A stretch of 64,000 nt of DNA from contig RSEE01000016.1 in assembly GCA_003971905.1 (NCBI GenBank), positions 62,001-126,000 of the forward strand. Reading direction: 5' to 3'. Below are positions 11,847 through 23,639 of the stretch, in pieces. The translations under genes were made by a program, and so were the position numbers. Numbering within the stretch: position 1 is the stretch's first letter; every line of letters starts with the position of its first letter. The stretch is from Moniliella sp. 'wahieum' (Eukaryota). Below the pieces are notes generated by a model that saw only the letters and a program-made list of their open reading frames with translations, searched no databases and was not told where the DNA came from.

Positions 11847-13625
11847 ATGCGACGGCTGAGCCTCAGCGCAGCGGTTAGCGCTACTCCGAAGGACGTGTGC
11901 CCCCCAGCGGAATTGCTGGACAAAATGTCGGGCGGATTGGGAGCGAGCTCGTCTTGGAGGGAAGCAGCGACTTGTGTTGTTGCCTGGGTCTCACCACCAG
12001 TATGCCCTTCCCTGCGCAGGCAGCCGCCTTGCCAGTGCAACTGGCCCTTGCGGCCACGAAGCACCCATTATTTCTACCAAGACCCTCCTTTCACCCTATT
12101 CCCTGCCCACCTGGTCCTTCGCCTCGCTTCCTCCACACATCCCCTCCACTCGCCTTCCAAGAACGGGAGGATCCCGATGCCACTGCCGATGCCGATTCCG
12201 AGCCCAAGACCGACACATTTGGGGAGGTGGAAGAGCACGCCGAGGATACTCATTCCAATGTCAACAACCTCCAAGAACCGATTCCCATCCACTCGTCCAA
12301 GTTGCTGACGAATAATTCACCTTCCGAAGGGGAGCCTGATACTGGGTCCCGTGCGCCCCCTTCCCTGCGGATGTCAACACCAATCCCTCGGAAAAGAGGT
12401 TGCAGTTCCTTCGCCTGCACGGCCGATTCCGGAGCATCGGACCAGGTCAAGAACAGGCTTCTTCTCGTTCCTCCTCTTCCGATCTCGCCCATGCAATCCA
12501 AGTTGATTGAGGCCAAGAAGGCGCTGCCAGAGGTCCAGACAACTTCCATTTTCATTTCGGGATTTTCACTTGACAAGGTTGATTCTATTATCAGCATGGT
12601 CTCCAAGAACGCTGTCGATGTGAGGGCGATGAAGGTAACAAGGTCGAACCGTCGCCTGGTCATTGCTCGTTTCGCCACCACCGAGGAGGCAAGAGCGGAG
12701 GCCATCCGTTTTGACCGGCTCAAATTCATGAAAAATATCCTCAAGTCTGATTTCTTCTATGACCATACCAGTGCCAGCCCTTCAACCTTGTTACGGGTCG
12801 TCAACATCCCGGATCATGTCACGCTTCACAACACAAGGAACCTCTTTCGGGGCCGCAATCCTAAAGAGGATACGGATGCCATTGGCCTGCCTTACGCAAC
12901 AGTCTTGTCGGGAAGTGACGGCAGCCACAGTAACATGGCCCTGCTCTTCCATACGCCTGGAACGGAAGATTCTGTCAGGTCTACTGCCGATTCCAACTCC
13001 AAATAAAGGTCGATGGGCACCCAGTCAATGTCAGCACACGGTACCCTAGTGCTCGTGATACCTCATTCTATACCCGCCCCAGTCTTGCACCCTGATCAGA
13101 GTACTCAATTTACCGCGAGGTACAACCTCTCAAGACCTGGTCGAACTGTTTGGTGTCCTTGTACCGGTCCGGGCTGCGTTCGTTTCGTCATACAGCCCCC
13201 GATTTGGGCTGGTGGAGCTGCCGACGAGAGAGTACGCTGAAAAGGCACTGGCGTTTGACAACTACCGTTATGGTGGACAATTCATCAATGTTTACATGGT
13301 GGAGATGGACAGCCGTCTGATGATTAAGACGGAGGCAATGCGGAGTGGCGCGCTGCCCTTCGCTCCGTCCGACAAACTGGATGAATACCCGCAGAGGCTG
13401 TTGAAGGCGGCTATCAAGGATCGTCGCCACATCCCCACTTACGGTGTGCCGAATAGGTGGGCCGTACCTCTTGACGAGGAAGAAATCGCCCCAGAGGATG
13501 TGGTTTTTACGCCGCCCCGTCAGAAGAAAAGGCGCCCTCACGAGGTTGATTGGGACAAGTTTGTCCTCAAGTCCGAGCCAACCGAGCGAGATCGACGACA
13601 CCTTGCGAGCCAGTTCCCCATATGA
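11847..13625 (+). CDS. Divergent multi-RRM-like RNA-binding protein (putative)
   Basis: RRM-like segments TTSIFISGFS...VIARFATTEEARAEAIRFDRLKFMKNILKSDF, LRVVNIPDHVTLHNTRNLF and LVELPTREYAEKALAFDNYRYGGQFINV. Start and exon structure around 13000-13200 are uncertain. Confidence 0.5.
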
Positions 13626-14633
13626 CCATCTCCGATCTCCTTGTCTGCCGAGACACAACTCTTCCGGTTTCATCCTTCATGCATCATTTCTGCCTCGCCT
13701 GGTGGCCTTCGTTGTTTTTTACATGGCTGTTATATTATAGACCTCTCTCACGAGAGCTGCCCTCTTTACAGGAGCAAGTGACGACCAGACCTTATCAGGG
13801 AATCTGGAATGGGCGCAATGGATAGTAGGATTTATGCCCGATGTGTGAAACGACTATAATAGAGTAATAATGGGCTAATAAGCGCTCATACCCTGATCGG
13901 TACACCGTATCGAAACCTATATACATCTCCGTCGTCAGGTGTGCAAAGACCAGTTCAACCTCCGTGGGAGGCACAGTAGCATACAGATGGAAACGATGGA
14001 AAAGGAGGTCATGGATATTGAATACAATCGACAACAAGTACGGCAGATACCACTCAAGTACGTTTCCTGTCGCCATTGTTGGCCAGCTTCATTTACTTGA
14101 ACCTGCAACCGTGTGGGGTTCGGTAGGCTGAGCAAGATGAGCGAGAAGATGAAGTCGGTTCGGCTGGACGGGTGGCCGGGGTCGAGGAATGAGGTGCAAG
14201 TGCGGTTGGGGTCCTGACGGACGCAAGAGAACAGGAGAACGGAGATTGTCCCGCCCGACGGTGGGGGAGGCAGGGAGGTAAGGGTGAGGTGGATGTGTGG
14301 CCGGGCCCCTTGGGGGGGCAGAGCCTCTAAGGGAGCACGGCCAGGATCGCCGGAACCTCGCCTGACTCCTCCGAATTGGTTGCCGTTGAAGCGGGGCGGG
14401 GAAGGATGTGCATATAGTAGTGGTGATGGTGATGATGTGGTGGTGGTGGTGGGACTTTTCAGACGAAAGTACACAGGCTCTCGTGTCCGCTTCCCGATTT
14501 CCCCCAACTTTGATGGTTTCGTGCGGCGGCGAGAGAGAGCGAGGGCGCTTGCACATCTCTTTCCCCGTGTCCGATTCCAGTGGATGCTTAAGGCTCGACG
14601 GTGCTGAACTGCGCTGGGGCCGAGCACTGCAGT

Positions 14634-16058
14634 TCAATCCCAAGGAGAAGGTGTGCTCAGGTTTGTGCTCGCTTCCGTATCGGACGGCGTCTCAGGAGAG
14701 AGAACTGAACGATCCTCTTCTTCGTCTTCAAATGCTAACGAGCTGGTAGAGGAGCACGGGGACGGTGGCGTGGGACGTCGAGTACAGGAGCCATGCAGTA
14801 TCGGAACCGTCGTAGTAGATACCGTCATGGTCGAATCCACCTTTTCTTTCTCCTGGGGGGCGGGTGTAGTGGGATTCGCTTCAACCGGAGGAAGTGGGGT
14901 GCAGGGGTGGGGAGAAGGGTTCTTAGCAGAATCCTCCCGCACCACCGTCGTTTGTTGGGACGGTGAGGCGTCATCAGCTACCGTCGACCTATCACTCATA
15001 CTTGTGATGGACACGAAGGAAGAACGTGGAGAGAGGTTGCCATCGCTCTCCTGTTTCCGTGAAAATTGGGGGGCAATGGGAATGGGGTTGTCAGACCCAA
15101 AAGCGCTGGGCGCGGCGACGGTGGGTGGGGCAGCAAACAGGGATGACTCTGGGCAAATGGGGAAGTGAGTCGGACCACTGCTGGTAGGATACGGACCGAT
15201 TCCACCCTCTTTCCTCATCACAGACACCTCTTCCTCATCGGTGGAGCTTACGCTGAACCGAGATCGTGTGGCATGATCCGATGGGGATGAAAGCGGATCG
15301 GCGCGGCGGTGTGGAGAAGCCTGCACGGTTGCATCCTCCCCACCCGTTGAATCTTCCCCTAGGGCATGGGCAAAGGCAAAGTGCTTGGCTTTAGCCGCCT
15401 GATCGACCTCAGAACCTTGAGAGGAGAGGGAAGAAGGAGGATCGGGATGTGAAGGATTTGACGGGCAGGGACAGTCGATGCTTCCGCTCCGAGGGAGGGG
15501 GTATTGATGGAATAGGCGCGTTGGTACTCAGCCAGCTGTTGTTGCAGTTGGCAGACATAGTCTGTACCCGAATAGGCATCGGTTAGCATAGATCGAAGAG
15601 AGAGAGAGGAGAAAACGACAGAGAGAACGCACCGTATGTGTGGGAGATGATGCAGAGTTTTTCGAGCCATATCGCTCTCGATGCGACTCGTCATTTCGGC
15701 CATGGCCACTCGCCGAGCTGATCGCTGTCCTCCGCGTTGTTGTGGCAGAGGCAGAGGCGGAGGCAGAGGCGGGTTGGGCTTGGGCGCGGGCGCGACGTTG
15801 GGCAGTGCGACGACGGGAAGGAGGAAGGGGTTTGGCCCGGAGCACATCGAGCGCCTCGGCATAGCAGGCTGGCACGAGGGTCTGGAGGGGGTGAGACGCT
15901 CGTTGATCTTTTCGCGGCGGCGGCGCTCGATGAGCGAGTGGTCCGTCTTGCGCTTCAGCACGCGGGACTTGCGCGGCGGCGGGGGGGCGGACGGGGGCGC
16001 GTGGGCATGGGTGGAGGGGCGTGGCGGGGGTGGGTGGTGCCGGGGGGCGGTGGGGCAT
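14634..16058 (-). CDS. bHLH transcription factor
   Basis: Basic region/helix 1 RKTDHSLIERRRREKINERL..LQTLVPAC. Helix 2 ..KLCIISHT^DYVCQLQQQL across intron 15562-15632. Long Ser/Pro-rich C-terminus. Frameshifts present and start uncertain. Confidence 0.85.
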
Positions 16059-16490
16059 GGGGGGGTTATATACGTGCTGGCTGGCCGTGGGGCGGGGGGG
16101 CAGACGAGCGGGCGGCGAGGACAGTAGCGGTGGCCGCCGTCCTGTGCTGCTCCGCCGCCGCCCGCACAAGGCGGCTGTGGCGCGGATGAACATTTCAGTC
16201 CCCGGTCCACCCTTCCGGCCGAGGCTCTGAGTCTCAGGGTGGGACACACGCAGTACTCACTGGTGTCCCGACAGGTAGCCCTATCGCTTCGCTTGTCTGG
16301 CTCTGTCTGGGGCAACAACCGGATCGGTTAGAACCCGCGCCCCCTCCGATCGCTGGCGTGTCGCGACACCCCCCCGGTACCGCCTGCGATGCTACCCACT
16401 ACATCTCGCCCATCCGCACGCGTGTTTGCGGCTCAGACTTCATGTACCCCCCCGCAGACGACACACCTCCCAGGGCCGCACGGGTGCCTT

Positions 16491-17480
16491 CTACGCGTCC
16501 GGGATGATTCTTGGTGCCAGCTTGCGGTTGTACTTCTCCAGTTCGACCGTCTTTTGGTAGATTTTCCGCACCAGATTCTCCTCCCGTTCGTTCAGCCTGC
16601 CATGCACACGTCATCTCGCCATCGGTCAGTAACCCCGCTCCCACGCAGCCACCCAACCCCCAAACGGACCAGGACGCACTCTTGCTCCATCGAGTACATT
16701 GCCCGCAGCCGCTGGTCGTCCGGCATGCTCAGCAGCCGCGCGCGCAGCTCCATTTCCTTGCGTTCTCTCCGCTCCTGCTCCTCCCGCCGCTGCACCTCCT
16801 CCTCGGCCTCGAGCACAGCCAGGCGCCGAGCCACCTCCTCCTCGTCCAACTGCGCATTGTTGTCAAATCCAAGCTGCTCGAACAGCTCCTGCTCATGAGC
16901 CTCCTTGGCTTTGCGGTACTTGCGCTGTGTCATCTCGTTGTACCAGCGCGACGCGAGCAACAGCAGTGACCCCAGCAACATGAGCGCACCCATCACGCTC
17001 AGCAGCACAATAACACACCCACTCACATACCGTAGTCCGAGCGGGGAAAAGTAGCGGTACGGCTCTCGCTGCACGCGCCCGGTTGGAAGAGTTGTACAAC
17101 ACGACACTGGTCCAAATCCCATCTTCTCTTTTTTCCGCATCTGCTTGAGATAGCTCCACGATAGTCCTTCTTCAAACTTGCGATCAAACTCGCTCGGTGC
17201 GTCTTTCGAACTCAGCGACTTTTGCGCCTGGCGGGCCCGCGCAGCCATCGCCTTACCAGCGCCGGCATAGCCTGAAGGGGGGCGTCGTGGCACGCCAGCC
17301 TGGGACGAAGGGGGGCGCGGCGCTTCACAAGCGCGGGCGCAAGTGCTGAACTTGCGTTGGGCCAGATCCGATCGGGAACCGGGCGAGAGACGGGGCGCGG
17401 CTGCCCCCAGCCCAGCTTGATGCAAGCCACGGGCAAAGCCAGCGCGACGAACAGCGCTGGATGACCGTACCGCCCCCATC
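16491..17480 (-). CDS. Hypothetical single-TM/coiled-coil protein with mitochondrial presequence-like segment (possibly the C-terminal part of GEP4)
   Basis: RRAGFARGLHQ...QRKFSTCARA, TM segment VSGCVIVLLSVMGALMLLGSLLLLA and a Glu/Arg coiled coil. Probable intron about 16597-16670; last exon ..LNEREENLVRKIYQKTVELEKYNRKLAPRIIPDA*. Confidence 0.55.
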
Positions 17481-17655
17481 GCTCGTTGGACAACCCGGTT
17501 CGAGGCAAGAAGGGATCCGGTCGTACGGACCAACCCCAGGCACCTTGCCAGGCGCGGCCACCGGGCCGTCATACCCGCAACCAAAACGCCCAGAGGGGAC
17601 AGTGACGAGCGCGCCACCGGACTCGTACCGGACGCTACAGCCGAGGCGGGTGTAA

Positions 17656-18614
17656 TCAAAGCTCGGGCCAACGCACGCCAAGGGTGTCGGTACGGACCAC
17701 TTGGGATGCCTGTGCTGGTGCAGAGGGCGTTTCCGTCTGGGTCGTCGAGGGAAGGGAAGATGCCATACGGACGCCAATTTGCTGCCAATAAGGTGCTTGA
17801 TAGGGCACCAAACCTGGTGCCACTCCGTCGGGGAGGAGAGATGGCAAGTGGGGGGCACTTGGCAAAGGAGGATGGGGGTCTCGCAATGCTCTGGCCCACA
17901 TGTGGGCAGCGGCACGACGCAGCACCCGGCTAGAGAACCATCCTTGCCCAGGAACAATTTCCAACCGGTTCAAGGCTCGGACCAGCGCGAGCTCTGTGTT
18001 GCGCATCAGGGTCGATCCCCTGCCTTCCCGCACCCACAAGTTGGCTGCCAAGGCGGCAAGTGCGCCGGGAGAGGGCGAGTCATGCTTGGCTCGCAGTTGC
18101 CCAGTGCGCCAGCGAAGAAGGGTGTCGATGCGGTGGGCGAGGACCAGGTCGGTGGTAGCTCGGTCGCCCAGGACAAGCACTTTTCCTTCGGCCCGAGTGA
18201 CGGATTTGGTGGTGCCGAGAAAGTGAGAGGTGACCTGCCACGCACAGGCCCACCCGGGTTTTTTGGTGCGATGGTACAACACCCCCCCCCCTGGAGTTCG
18301 GAAGAAAGGGCAGAGGCCTGCGTGCCCGCGCCATCTTCCGGCCAGGAGCCAGCCGAGTTGGACACAACCATCACATTGTGACGCCCAAATGTGCTGTAGG
18401 CCTCCTCGAGCGATTTCCGCGCGGCCGGGACGACAGACAATTGGTGCGGAAGCGTAAGCAGGTTGTCCTTGTCGAGCACAACGGCACGCACGCCAGCCGT
18501 ATACAGCGCGCGCCAATCCAGCCCGCGTATGTCACCCACGACCACATCGGGCACCACCACCCCGGGACGCACCGCGACGCTAAGGGCGGCCAGGATGCCC
18601 GGGACGTTGGGCAT
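17656..18614 (-). CDS. GEP4: Mitochondrial phosphatidylglycerophosphatase (HAD IIIA, Gep4/YqeG family)
   Basis: [15 protein letters not shown] (HAD motif I, DxD), [31 protein letters not shown]. Frameshift in a poly-G run at about 18282-18291. Confidence 0.9.
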
Positions 18615-18882
18615 GGCGGAGGAGCAAGCTCAGTCGATGCCCGCAGTGGAGATGGGCGTCGCGGCAGAAGGACTGCGGTGCCGGCTGCCGGCGGGCGTGG
18701 CGCGAGAAGAGAGAAGAGGGAAGCAGGGCGAGCGGAACTGCCCAGAGGAAATAATGAAATCCCGCCGCCGACACCGGTGCCATGCCCATCTTTTGTGCCC
18801 AGCGCCCATCGACAAACCAAGCGACGGCCAACCCACCGCGCTCGCATTCCCCCCCCCACCGCCACCATCCCCTCGGCCATCC

Positions 18883-19895
18883 ATGTCGCTCCGCAACAAC
18901 GATCTGCAGCGCAACCAGGACGCCGTATGCTACGTGGGCAACCTGGACGAGCGCGTTGATGATGGTTTGTTGTGGGAGCTCATGCTCCAGGCCGGTCCTG
19001 TTGTTCGTGTCCACATCCCACGCGACCGCGTCACCGGCCAGCACAATGCGTTTGGCTTTGCCGAGTTCCAGACGCCGGCCGATGCCGACTATGCGGTGGG
19101 CATTATGAATGGTGTCAAACTGTATGGCCGTGCACTGCGTATCAACAAAGCTTCGGCCGATCGAAAGGAGGTGGACATTGGTGCCAACCTGTTTGTTGGC
19201 AACCTCAATCCCGACGCAGATGAGCGTGATTTGCTTGATGCGTTTGCTGCCTTTGGCAACATTGTCAACCTTCAGGTGTGTTGATGTGCTTTCCAGATTG
19301 ATGTGTGTGTGTGGAGAAGGGGGAGGACTGAAGCTGACCTTATTGTTACGGACACAGGTGGCACGGGATGAGGACAACAAGAGCAAAGGCTATGCCTTTG
19401 TTTCGTTTGACAGCTTTGAGTCTTCCGACGCAGCCAAGGAGGCGATGCAGAACCAGTACCTGCGCAACCGACCTTTATCGGTTGACTATGCGATGAAGAA
19501 GGACGGCAAGCACGGCGAGAAACACGGTACCGATGCCGAGCGCTTGGTAGCTGCCCAAGCGCGCAAGCACATTCCCGCCTCGCTCCCTTCTTCCTTTGCT
19601 GCCCCACCGGCACCAGGGCGAGCGGGCTTTTCCCACCCCCCCCACCTCCTCTTCCATCGCACGTGGCCCGTGGTCTGGTGGGGCCACCACCTCCACCACC
19701 TGGGATGCCATCGCGTACGGTGCGCCTGCCCCCAGGCGCCCCGCAATATGGCGCGTTCCCTCGCGGTGTGGCCCACACCCTCCGCCAGGGATGATGGCTT
19801 ACTCTTCCCAACCAGGATGGCAGCCACCTCCGCCTCCGATGAGGGCGGGTGCCTATATGACAGGCAGCAATTCGGCCCCGTTGGGACCCCGATAA
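18883..19895 (+). CDS. HSH49: U2 snRNP SF3b subunit 4 (SAP49/Hsh49)
   Basis: [103 protein letters not shown]. Intron 19276-19357; Pro-rich tail. Confidence 0.95.
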
Positions 19896-20234
19896 AACGG
19901 TGGCGAGACGAGATGCTGCTGTCGTCTGCATCTTCCCCCTTTCCATGCCAATGCTACATGCCATGCTCTCCTGTCTCCCACGCGGGGTTGGTGATGAGCG
20001 GTTCTGCCCCCATCAAGTTGGGAAAAAAAGGGGGTTATGTAGGCTCAAGTAACGAGGCTGAACCGCCGGCACGGCGGGTCTGTCCAGGGAGATGAATGCT
20101 AGTGAAGACAAAGCCATCCATGGGACGATGAGCTCAAACACGAGGTAAGCGAGAAAAGGGATACAATTTAAGGGGAAGAAAGGGGAGGAGAGGAAATAGA
20201 CAACTGCCCGAGACGCCTGTGTACAGCATGACCA

Positions 20235-21908
20235 TCAGAGCCGTTTCAACGGACTCTTACCACCATCCAAAAACCGCTCCATGTTCCATGGCCCCGACAC
20301 GCGCGCTAACGTGTGTGACCGGGACGTGGAACCAGGTTCGATGACGTAGGGAAGGCCCGCTACTTGGTTCCACCACGGTTCGGCTTGCGTCGAACCCGAG
20401 ACAGAGAAGAACGAATCGTGATGCAGCGGCGAGGGGGGGAAAGGAGTATCCGAGGGGATGAGGGTACGCTCTTTGGCAAGTTGGGAGAAGAGGAACATGG
20501 TATGTCGTGCCGCCGACTCGAGCAAAGGCTGGCTCGCATGGCCTGTGCGCAGGAGAATCGCCGCGTTCACCTGCTCGGCGAGAGCAATGCGCCGACGATG
20601 GTCAAGGTACCTGTGAGCCGGGCTGTTCTTCGGGTCAGGGTAGGCCAGGAGCACCGAGACATTCTCAATCTCGCGAAGGTAGCTAGCCTTGGCTTTGACG
20701 TCGTCCAGGCGCTGACAGGATGCATGAACGTTCTGGATATAGCGCAGCGCATCATGAATCGCATTGTTCCGTGCCCGCGCTGCTGCTGCCTCGGGCCCAG
20801 ACAGATTGTGACTTGGCCCGCGGAGCCGGCGGCGACATGGCCACTCGGTGTCAGACTCAATGCGCTCTCGCTGCTTGCCACACTCGAGGGGGCCGGTGAG
20901 GTAGCTCGGCTGCCCGTTCGAGATCCCGATGAACGTAAGCCGAGGAAAGCGGATGGGAATGGTGCAGAGCCGATGGAGACAAGGTGCTAGTCGGGTCAAG
21001 CGGACTGGTTGACCCATTCCCCGCGCCGTTCCCAGCTGCGTTGTTGGCACTAGCACCTGCCGGGGCGGGGTTGGGCTGAAGGCTGCTCGCGCGGCGGATC
21101 GTCTCGATAAACTGCTGAATGTGAAGGTTAAGCTCAATATGGGCTGGATCAAGGCTGGTGGGGTACGAAGGTAGGGCAGGCTGCCCAGACTTGGCCTTGG
21201 CCGACGGTTCTGCGGTCGGTAGGGTGCTTCGATCGTCCGGAGCGCCGTCCTTGTTGAGGCTGCTGATGAGAACGCCAGGAAAGAAGGAATTGATGCTCTC
21301 CATGGCAGCCTGGATATTGCCTTGGTGGATAAAGTCTTTGATTTCTGTGAGACGGGAGACGGGAAACGGCGACAGATAAGGCTGGTCAGTGGCGGGGCGG
21401 GGCCGAGGCGGGGAAGGGAGGACTCACGTCGCCTGTACAGCAAGGCTGTCATCCCTCAGGGGTCAGGTCGGTGCCCTGCACGGCAGCTGTGGTAGCGTCA
21501 ATCTTGGCCTGCAACGCGGGGTCGGGACAGGCGGCTGACGTGGTATCGGGGGCGGCGTGGGACGTGGCCAGCGGGTGGCGTGGACGGTCGGACGTGGCGG
21601 CGGCGGGACGAGACCGCTTGGCGGGAGATGTGGCTCGGCCGAGATGGCGGAGGCGTCCTGGTGCACGCCGGCGCGAGCGAATGCAACGGCGGTGTCAGCA
21701 TAGGACTGGTGCACAAGATAGTCCATCACGAGGCGGCGCAGCGCAGTGGGGCTCAGCACAGCATCGGGCGTGGTGGAGGCGGGGACGGGGGCGGGGGCAG
21801 AGGCAGAGGCAGAGGCAGCAGCAGAGGCAGAGGCAGAGGCAGAGGCCGGGAGCGTGGTGGGGGCGCGTACGTGCGTGCGGACGACAAGGGGGGTGCTCGG
21901 GAGCTCAT
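20235..21908 (-). CDS. LisH-CTLH-CRA domain protein (GID8/Twa1-like, GID/CTLH E3 ligase complex)
   Basis: LisH LRRLVMDYLVHQSYADTAVAF. CTLH EIKDFIHQGNIQAAMESINSFFPGVL...ELNLHIQQFIETIR. CRA LLAYPDPKNSP..YLDHRRRIALAEQVNAAIL. Intron 21345-21427. Confidence 0.85.
21797..21846. repeat. (GCAGAG)n hexanucleotide microsatellite encoding poly(Ala-Ser)
   Basis: gcagaggcagaggcagaggcagcagcagaggcagaggcagaggcagaggc inside the GID8-like CDS. A shorter run of the same unit lies in the bHLH gene at about 15744-15770. Confidence 0.9.
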
Positions 21909-22532
21909 GGCGATATTGGTGGTGGGGGCGGGGTGGCTGCCAGGCGCTGGGGGGAGGCGGGGGGAGCGGCCGGGCGGCGCTGGGGGAGCGGCTTGGGTCG
22001 GGTTGCGCACGCGGGGCACGGGGGGAGGGAGGGCGGGCCAACCCTAGCGTGCTCGATGCGACGGGGCCTGGGAGGGGCGGCTGGTATCAGCAGCAGGTAG
22101 GTAGTTGCAGCGAGGGTTCCGGGGGGGCGGCGGGCGCTGAGCGCTGCGGCAGCCAGGCATCTCTGCGGGCCGCCAGCATCGAGGAACCTAACCCTCCTCC
22201 ACCCGAAGGCACACCTGCTGGCTATCCGCACGCGTCCCAGGCGCCCATCTGGCGCGTCCATCGCCGCTCGGGTGGAATGGGCCTATCGAACGTCCAACGT
22301 CTATCTGCTCGGCAACATCAGTGCTCAAGTTCAGCGCTCCCTCCCTCCCAGCCCCTCACAGTACCCCCCCGCTTACGTCACGCGCGTCACGCGCCATGCC
22401 CTCGTGCATCGACCCAGCCAGGCGTCGCTGCGCAGCACGGCGCCAGTGTGCGGCAGGAGCGGCCACCGGCCCATTCGGCCGCACAGCCGCTGCCGCCGCT
22501 CCCGGCGCGCTGGCCACCACCACCTGCGGGCC

Positions 22533-23238
22533 ATGCAGACCATCAAGTGCGTCGTCGTCGGCGACGGTGCTGTCGGCAAGGTGTGTGTTGCTCCCCTGCT
22601 CCTTGCGCGCTGTGTGCCTGACCCCTCCCCTCCAGACATGCCTCCTCATCTCCTATACCACCAACAAGCCCTGGACTACGTCCCAACCGTACGTCCTGCC
22701 CGCCCGCCAGCTGCCTTTCCTGCCCCCCTCCCCTCTGACCTGCCCCTGCCCCCCCTCTCTTGCACCCCCAGGTCTTTGACAACTATGCTGTCACCGTCAT
22801 GATTGGCGACGACCCGTACACCTCGGGCTTTGACACCGCCGGACAGGAAGACTACGACCGACTGCGCCCCCTGTCGTACCCGCAGACCGACGTTTTCTTG
22901 CTCTGCTTCAGCGTTACTTCGCCTGCCTCGTACGAGAACGTGAGGGAAAAATGGTATCCCGAAGTACGGCACCATTGTCCGGTGTGCCATGCCTGGTGGT
23001 GGGCACGCAGATTGACTTGCGGGACGATGCGGCGGTGGTGGACAAGCTGGAGCGGTCCAAGCAGCGCCCGCTGACCGCCGAACAGGGCGAGCGTTTGGCG
23101 CGCGAGCTAGGTGCGGTCAAGTACGTGGAATGCTCTGCCCTGACCCAGAAGGGCCTCAAGAACGTATTTGACGAGGCCATTGTTGCTGCCCTGGAGCCAC
23201 CGGTGGTGCGGAAAAAGTCCAAGTGCACCCTGTTCTAG
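22533..23238 (+). CDS. CDC42: Rho-family GTPase Cdc42
   Basis: [16 protein letters not shown]^[15 protein letters not shown]^[71 protein letters not shown] terminus KKSKCTLF*. Introns 22581-22635 and 22689-22771. Several small deletions. Confidence 0.97.
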
Positions 23239-23639
23239 TTGGGGACAGTCGTTTTGTCCCCCATGCCTCCCTAGCCCTGCGCTTCACGACCTTGCCCGCT
23301 CCCTTCCCCCGCAGAATCCCTCTCGCGCAGCCGGCCCAGGTCGCCCTGGCCCTGCTCGTCCCGTCCGCCTAGAGTCGGACAAGTCAAGGCAGCAGGAGCG
23401 ATGTCCCCCTGAGCCTACTCGTGTCTGACTGACTGACTGCGCCCTTTCTCCCCTCTTCACTCCACGCCACGCCACGCTCTGCCCGCTTCCGCTTCCATTC
23501 CTCTGCCTTACCTTGCCTTGCCTCGACTCCCACTTGCCTCTCTTATTGCACTCTTCTCCCTCCCTCCCCTCCCCCCTCCCTCCCTCTCCTCCCCATTTCC
23601 TCCTCCTGCTCTTCTCTCACCCCCATGTACGGTCCGCCT

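Noticed and set aside
13795..14627. Minus-strand ORFs between the RRM and bHLH genes
   Set aside because: No recognisable motif or clear splice structure; more likely 3' UTR or intergenic sequence.
22272..22532. N-terminal extension of Cdc42 suggested by the ORF track
   Set aside because: It starts at GTG in GC-rich promoter/UTR sequence; the canonical MQTIKC start is at 22533.
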